From: Desulfomonilia bacterium
GTDB taxonomy: Bacteria > Desulfobacterota > Desulfomonilia > UBA1062
Assembly: GCA_963664325.2 (NCBI GenBank)
Contig: CAXXDQ010000007.1
Coordinates: 608,001-672,000, forward strand
DNA length: 64,000 nt
Direction: 5' to 3'
The notes under the pieces were generated by a model. The model saw only the letters and a list, made by a program, of their open reading frames with translations, had not been told where the DNA came from and did not search any database. A program made the translations under genes and the position numbers. This document shows positions 59,937 to 64,000 of the stretch, piece after piece. Position 1 is the stretch's first letter; each line of letters starts with the position of its first letter.

Positions 59937-61294
59937 ATTATCTGCCTTTCATTAGGGTGCAAATTCAACAGTTCATCTATTGCCAGTTCGAGATCACGTA
60001 CCAACGTCAGTATCTCCTGCCTGGAGAATTCCGCTTCTTGAAATGAGATCTTGATATTCATAATGTTTTCTATGCTGTTAATGACTATCAGTACTCCTTG
60101 TGATGGTGCGGAGGATATCGCATCTACTACTTGAGCCTTTGTACCATAGGAATTCAGATGATCGATGTTCCCTATATTTGAAACACCACAAGTTCTTTTA
60201 GTGATACCTTTACCTATTAAACTGCGTATGATCCTGGCATAATTTTTTTTCCCCAAAATGATAGGGATCTCAAGAAACAAATTCGGAATAATCATCTCTT
60301 TCTGCTTTATAAGGCCTATGAAGGTATTCATTTGAACATTGATTTCATCAAGTATTGCCCTGGGATTATCCCAATTCCGGCGTGAGATTCTTACCTCCAC
60401 CCCGGCGAGGTAGTTGCCAAAAATGGGAGGCTTGCCTGGAAAATATGGCCTTAAATCTATGGGAAGACCGATACCAATTGCGTTACCGCTGTTTCTTCCA
60501 GGACCGCGGCTCATGGTAAGAGCAATTGCTGTTAACATAAATGTATTGAGACTGCAGCCTAACTCCCTGGATTTGGATTTGATCTCGTTAAGCCTGTGTT
60601 TCAGGGATTGATGGTGCAAATCAAGCGGTCCAACGAAGTTCTTAGGGCGTGACGATGCAGGTATGACGGTTTCGCCCTTATGTTCCCTGCTCATACTTAA
60701 GGCGGATCTGTATGAATTCAGCAACTGCCGGGGAATCTGAGAGAGATGGTTTCCCATTACTGCGGGCATGAGGCTCGGTTTGTCTAACGGAATCTTTTGG
60801 GGCTTTATGCCATTCAGGTAAGACATCATTGATCCTATCATGTGAATCCAGCCGGAACCGTCCGTTATTATGTGATGTAAAGACATCAGTAAAAACGGAT
60901 TCGGATCGTCGGGGAAATAGTAAATTTTCACCGGGATGCCCTGCTCGATTGAAAAGGGTTCATTGTAGAGGTACTTCCGTATGGAGATAAATTCAGATGA
61001 ATCGTATTGTATCCCTTCTATGACCCGGAAGGCATTATTGAAAAGGATTTGAAGTCTTGGTCCGTCATCGGCAAGAATCATCAATCTGTAAGATGTAAAA
61101 GTCGGTTTGACGAGCGATCTCATTTTTGGGTAAATGGTCAGCATGTATCGTATAGCATCGCGAATCTCATCAGGGGAATGCCATTCCTTGAAACGGATTG
61201 TTAGAAGATTGCCATGAGAAAGATACACCTCATTTGTAGCAAGGTGCAAAAAATCAATTAAATTCAGCCGGATTGTTTCAATTTTATTTTTCAT
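59933..61294 (-). CDS. Stand-alone condensation-domain / CoA-dependent acyltransferase (start 61294 or 61339)
   Basis: HHIITDG, YPKMR, IDLRPYF, GNY, SNIG; clearly paralogous to 58548-59936. Confidence 0.82.
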   Translation of the reverse strand: MKNKIETIRLNLIDFLHLATNEVYLSHGNLLTIRFKEWHSPDEIRDAIRYMLTIYPKMRSLVKPTFTSYRLMILADDGPRLQILFNNAFRVIEGIQYDSSEFISIRKYLYNEPFSIEQGIPVKIYYFPDDPNPFLLMSLHHIITDGSGWIHMIGSMMSYLNGIKPQKIPLDKPSLMPAVMGNHLSQIPRQLLNSYRSALSMSREHKGETVIPASSRPKNFVGPLDLHHQSLKHRLNEIKSKSRELGCSLNTFMLTAIALTMSRGPGRNSGNAIGIGLPIDLRPYFPGKPPIFGNYLAGVEVRISRRNWDNPRAILDEINVQMNTFIGLIKQKEMIIPNLFLEIPIILGKKNYARIIRSLIGKGITKRTCGVSNIGNIDHLNSYGTKAQVVDAISSAPSQGVLIVINSIENIMNIKISFQEAEFSRQEILTLVRDLELAIDELLNLHPNERQII

Positions 61295-61602
61295 GTCTGC
61301 AGGGCAAAAACCATATCCGCTCAACATATGGCATTGCAATCATTGTATTCCGCCTCTGTCATTGCACAATCGGTCTTTTCCATATTCTTCATCCCCATAT
61401 TCATTATAATAAAATATATCAGTAATTATATAACGAAATTCATTTGAAGGGACAAGCTTATATACAGAACAATTTGTTTTCATGAATACCCTGATGCAGG
61501 ATACTGTAAAGGTCCTGCAAACGAGAAATCAAGTATTTTGCACTTGGTAGTCTGATTTTACAAGGCCTTGTTGTCGCTCTGATAATATAGTATGGAGTCA
61601 AT

Positions 61603-62982
61603 ATGTTGGCAGTCATTTTGTTCATATCGGTTATATTAATATGCAAGCTTCTAAACGACAGGCTGAAATACTCGCGTTCCCTCCCTGATATCAAACACTG
61701 GTCATTTCTGGATTATACCTATATGATCTTCAAGGCATTTCGCCCTGTCATCAGGGCAGAAAAAGGTAAAGGGATCGAACAGTTTTTCAAGCACCAGTCC
61801 CTGGACTTCAGACCCTCCGATGAAAGGCAGATTGCATCAAAAGCCACCATTTCCTTTGGAGGGGATATCATCGACTGGATTGACTTCGATGAGGAAAGCA
61901 GAAATCATCTCTGGGACGATCTTGGTGAACACCTTTTTTCCAGTGATATCATATCCGCTAATCTGGAGATGCCAATTGACATCACAAAGCCGCCCCGAAT
62001 TCCATTTGATTTGAAATCGCTCAAGTTTGACAAATCACTCTTCAAGGCCCCTAAATTCAACGGCTCACGGGAAATCTTTGAAGCCCTGCAACATGCAGGC
62101 CGAAGGCCTGATATAATCTCAACAGCCACCAACCATTGCCTCAATATGGAAGAAACAGGTGTATCTAATACTCTGGAACTGCTTGATGGAAATGGGATTC
62201 AGCATGTCGGCACAGCCAGGACTCCCATCGAGCAGGAGACCATCCCTGTGATAGAAAGGAACGGGATTAGGATAGCATTCCTGGCATATACTTTTTCTTT
62301 GAACCAGGACAATATCCCTGCAGGCAAGGATTTTCTGGTTAATGTCGTGCCCGTCAATGATGCGAACGCCGACATAACTCTGATTCGCAGGCATATCGCT
62401 CTTGCCAGGGCCAAGGGAGCGGACATGATCGTAGCCTCGCTGCATTGGGGGAGTGATCAGGAGGTATATCCAACTTCAAATATGATCGAGAATGCCCATG
62501 CGATCATACGGGCCGGAGCGGACATCATTATCGGACATCACCCGCATATTCTCCAGCCCATTGAAAAATATACTTATCGAGATCCTGCAAATGGATATGA
62601 AAAGTCAGGTTTGATTGCTTACTCTCTGGGCGAGTTTTTAAGCTACTCGCCAATGTCGTATATTCTTTCTCCTATTCCCGCTGTATGGCTCTCCGCAATT
62701 TTAAGGGTTGAAATTGTAAAAGGCAGCAGAAACAGCAAGGAGTCAGTTTATGTATCCCGGGTTAATTTATTGCCCTTCTACAAGCTTGGGAAAAAGGTTG
62801 AAGGTAGAAAATTCTCTGTTCGTTTCATTGACCTTAGAAAGAACTTGAATAATCTCATCCATGCCAAGCAGCGATATAACCTGAGCTTTCAGGAGATCAA
62901 CAATATGGTACGGGCTCATGCCTATCTTGAAGAATTCATTTATCCTGAAGATGCGGACAGTATCCTTGAGCCCTTGCAATGA
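61603..62982 (+). CDS. CapA/PgsA-family metallophosphoesterase
   Basis: GGD, NLE, ATNH, G.Q.VG, AYTF, LHWG, IIGHHPH.LQ, AYSLG. Confidence 0.88.
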   Translation: MLAVILFISVILICKLLNDRLKYSRSLPDIKHWSFLDYTYMIFKAFRPVIRAEKGKGIEQFFKHQSLDFRPSDERQIASKATISFGGDIIDWIDFDEESRNHLWDDLGEHLFSSDIISANLEMPIDITKPPRIPFDLKSLKFDKSLFKAPKFNGSREIFEALQHAGRRPDIISTATNHCLNMEETGVSNTLELLDGNGIQHVGTARTPIEQETIPVIERNGIRIAFLAYTFSLNQDNIPAGKDFLVNVVPVNDANADITLIRRHIALARAKGADMIVASLHWGSDQEVYPTSNMIENAHAIIRAGADIIIGHHPHILQPIEKYTYRDPANGYEKSGLIAYSLGEFLSYSPMSYILSPIPAVWLSAILRVEIVKGSRNSKESVYVSRVNLLPFYKLGKKVEGRKFSVRFIDLRKNLNNLIHAKQRYNLSFQEINNMVRAHAYLEEFIYPEDADSILEPLQ

Positions 62983-63149
62983 AGATTACCCCATTAGGCC
63001 TGCTTCTTTTATTCCGGTTTGCCGGAAACCTGCAAGTCCCTGCATCATTATGGCATACAAACAATGTTTCTTTTTGATGGGTTCTTCCCCATTTCTTCGC
63101 TAAAGTAATTCTCCTTTTCTTCCGTTCAATTGAAACAGGAGTATATTGC

Positions 63150-64000
63150 ATGAGAGTGTCTGCATTTGTTATATTGTTTATAGCCAGTATCGCAACTTCG
63201 CTGGGGATCAGTATTATTCTCCCGATCCTCCCAATATATGCCAAGGATATGGGCGCTCAGGGGTTCATGATAGGACTTGTCTTCTCCAGTTTCGCTGTCA
63301 CCAAAACCATAGTGAGCCCATTCTTCGGACGCTTGGCCGACCGGAAAGGGAAAAAGCCTTTCATTGTGTGGGGCCTGGCTCTCTTCACGCTTGTGGCATT
63401 AGCCTTTGCCTGGGCGCACAATGTGTATGACCTTGTAGCCATTCGCTGCGTTATGGGTGTATCCAATGCCATGGTTGTTCCCATCGTAGGAGCCTATATA
63501 GGCATGATGGCCAGAAAGGACAATGAAGCCCAGTATATGGCTCTGTTTGCCATCTCGGTCATGATCGGAATGGCATTGGGGCCCTTGCTGGGCGGTGCTG
63601 TATCCGATAAGTACGGCATATCAATGGCCTTTTACGTAATGGCAGCTGCTACCGCTTTTGCTTTTCTCATAACCCTCTTCGGCCTTCAGAAGAATGACGA
63701 TTCAGGGAGGCATAATAAAGCTTTATCCCAGAATCCATTACGGGACCTGCTGTCCATTCCCAAGATCCGCGGATTGATTGTCTTTCGCTTCATTGATGTG
63801 CTTAGTGTGGGGGGAATGCTAATTTTCCTGCCCCTGCTCATCAAAGAGCAGCATATCAGCACGACCCAGATTGGAATTCTTGTTTCAATTCTTATCTGTT
63901 ATGCAGGGATCATGCAGTTACCTTTCGGCCGTCTGAGCGACAGAATGGGAAAGCATGTTAACTTTGTCATCTGCGGGGGGGCAATAGCGGCTGTTGCCCT
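63150..64000 (+). CDS. MFS transporter (3' end outside window; absent from ORF track)
   Basis: Read directly: MRVSAFVILF...ILPILPIYAKDMGA...GRLADRKGKK (MFS motif A), after aggag RBS; frame appears to continue to the window end. Confidence 0.85.
   Translation, partial: MRVSAFVILFIASIATSLGISIILPILPIYAKDMGAQGFMIGLVFSSFAVTKTIVSPFFGRLADRKGKKPFIVWGLALFTLVALAFAWAHNVYDLVAIRCVMGVSNAMVVPIVGAYIGMMARKDNEAQYMALFAISVMIGMALGPLLGGAVSDKYGISMAFYVMAAATAFAFLITLFGLQKNDDSGRHNKALSQNPLRDLLSIPKIRGLIVFRFIDVLSVGGMLIFLPLLIKEQHISTTQIGILVSILICYAGIMQLPFGRLSDRMGKHVNFVICGGAIAAVA

Noticed and set aside
57123-61294. NRPS gene cluster
   Set aside because: Only condensation-fold domains; no adenylation, thiolation or thioesterase domains in the window.
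1-64000. CRISPR arrays, rRNA genes, transposases, prophage genes
   Set aside because: No regularly spaced repeats or recognisable motifs found by eye; short or degenerate elements could have been missed.

Overview
Bacterial chromosomal window from an anaerobe, probably a Desulfobacterota/deltaproteobacterial lineage (inferred from dsrMKJOP, sigma-54 systems and gene order). Left to right: (1) the end of a dissimilatory sulfite-reduction operon (dsrN, dsrC, an extra dsrMK-like pair, dsrMKJOP) running directly into ackA and xsc (sulfoacetaldehyde acetyltransferase); (2) converging on it, a sphingosine-1-phosphate-lyase-like gene, a taurine-transaminase-like class III aminotransferase and a HAD+GDPD lipoprotein; (3) an unusual catabolic operon (cupin, ADP-forming acyl-CoA ligase, RpiB/DhuI-type isomerase, frameshifted IolD-like ThDP enzyme, Gfo/Idh/MocA-SCP2 fusion, mgsA); (4) tRNA-Gln and the rpsP-khpA-rimM-trmD-rplS-rnhB-yraN block; (5) comF, a Wza/Wzc/ExeA polysaccharide-export locus with an NtrC-type two-component system, and ffh; (6) an MFS/GH36/isomerase/aldolase/kinase sugar operon interrupted by an AT-rich islet (antitoxin, dual-OB protein, two DUF488 proteins, PD-(D/E)xK nuclease); (7) glf, a GT1 glycosyltransferase, three stand-alone HHxxxDG acyltransferases, capA and a partial MFS gene. 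Best candidate for an undescribed system (inference): sulfonolipid (capnine) catabolism, in which an S1P-lyase-like enzyme releases taurine, which is transaminated, desulfonated by Xsc, and coupled to AckA ATP synthesis and Dsr sulfite respiration. Several single-base indels suggest assembly errors or recent pseudogenisation. All family calls come from motif recognition; no database search was run.
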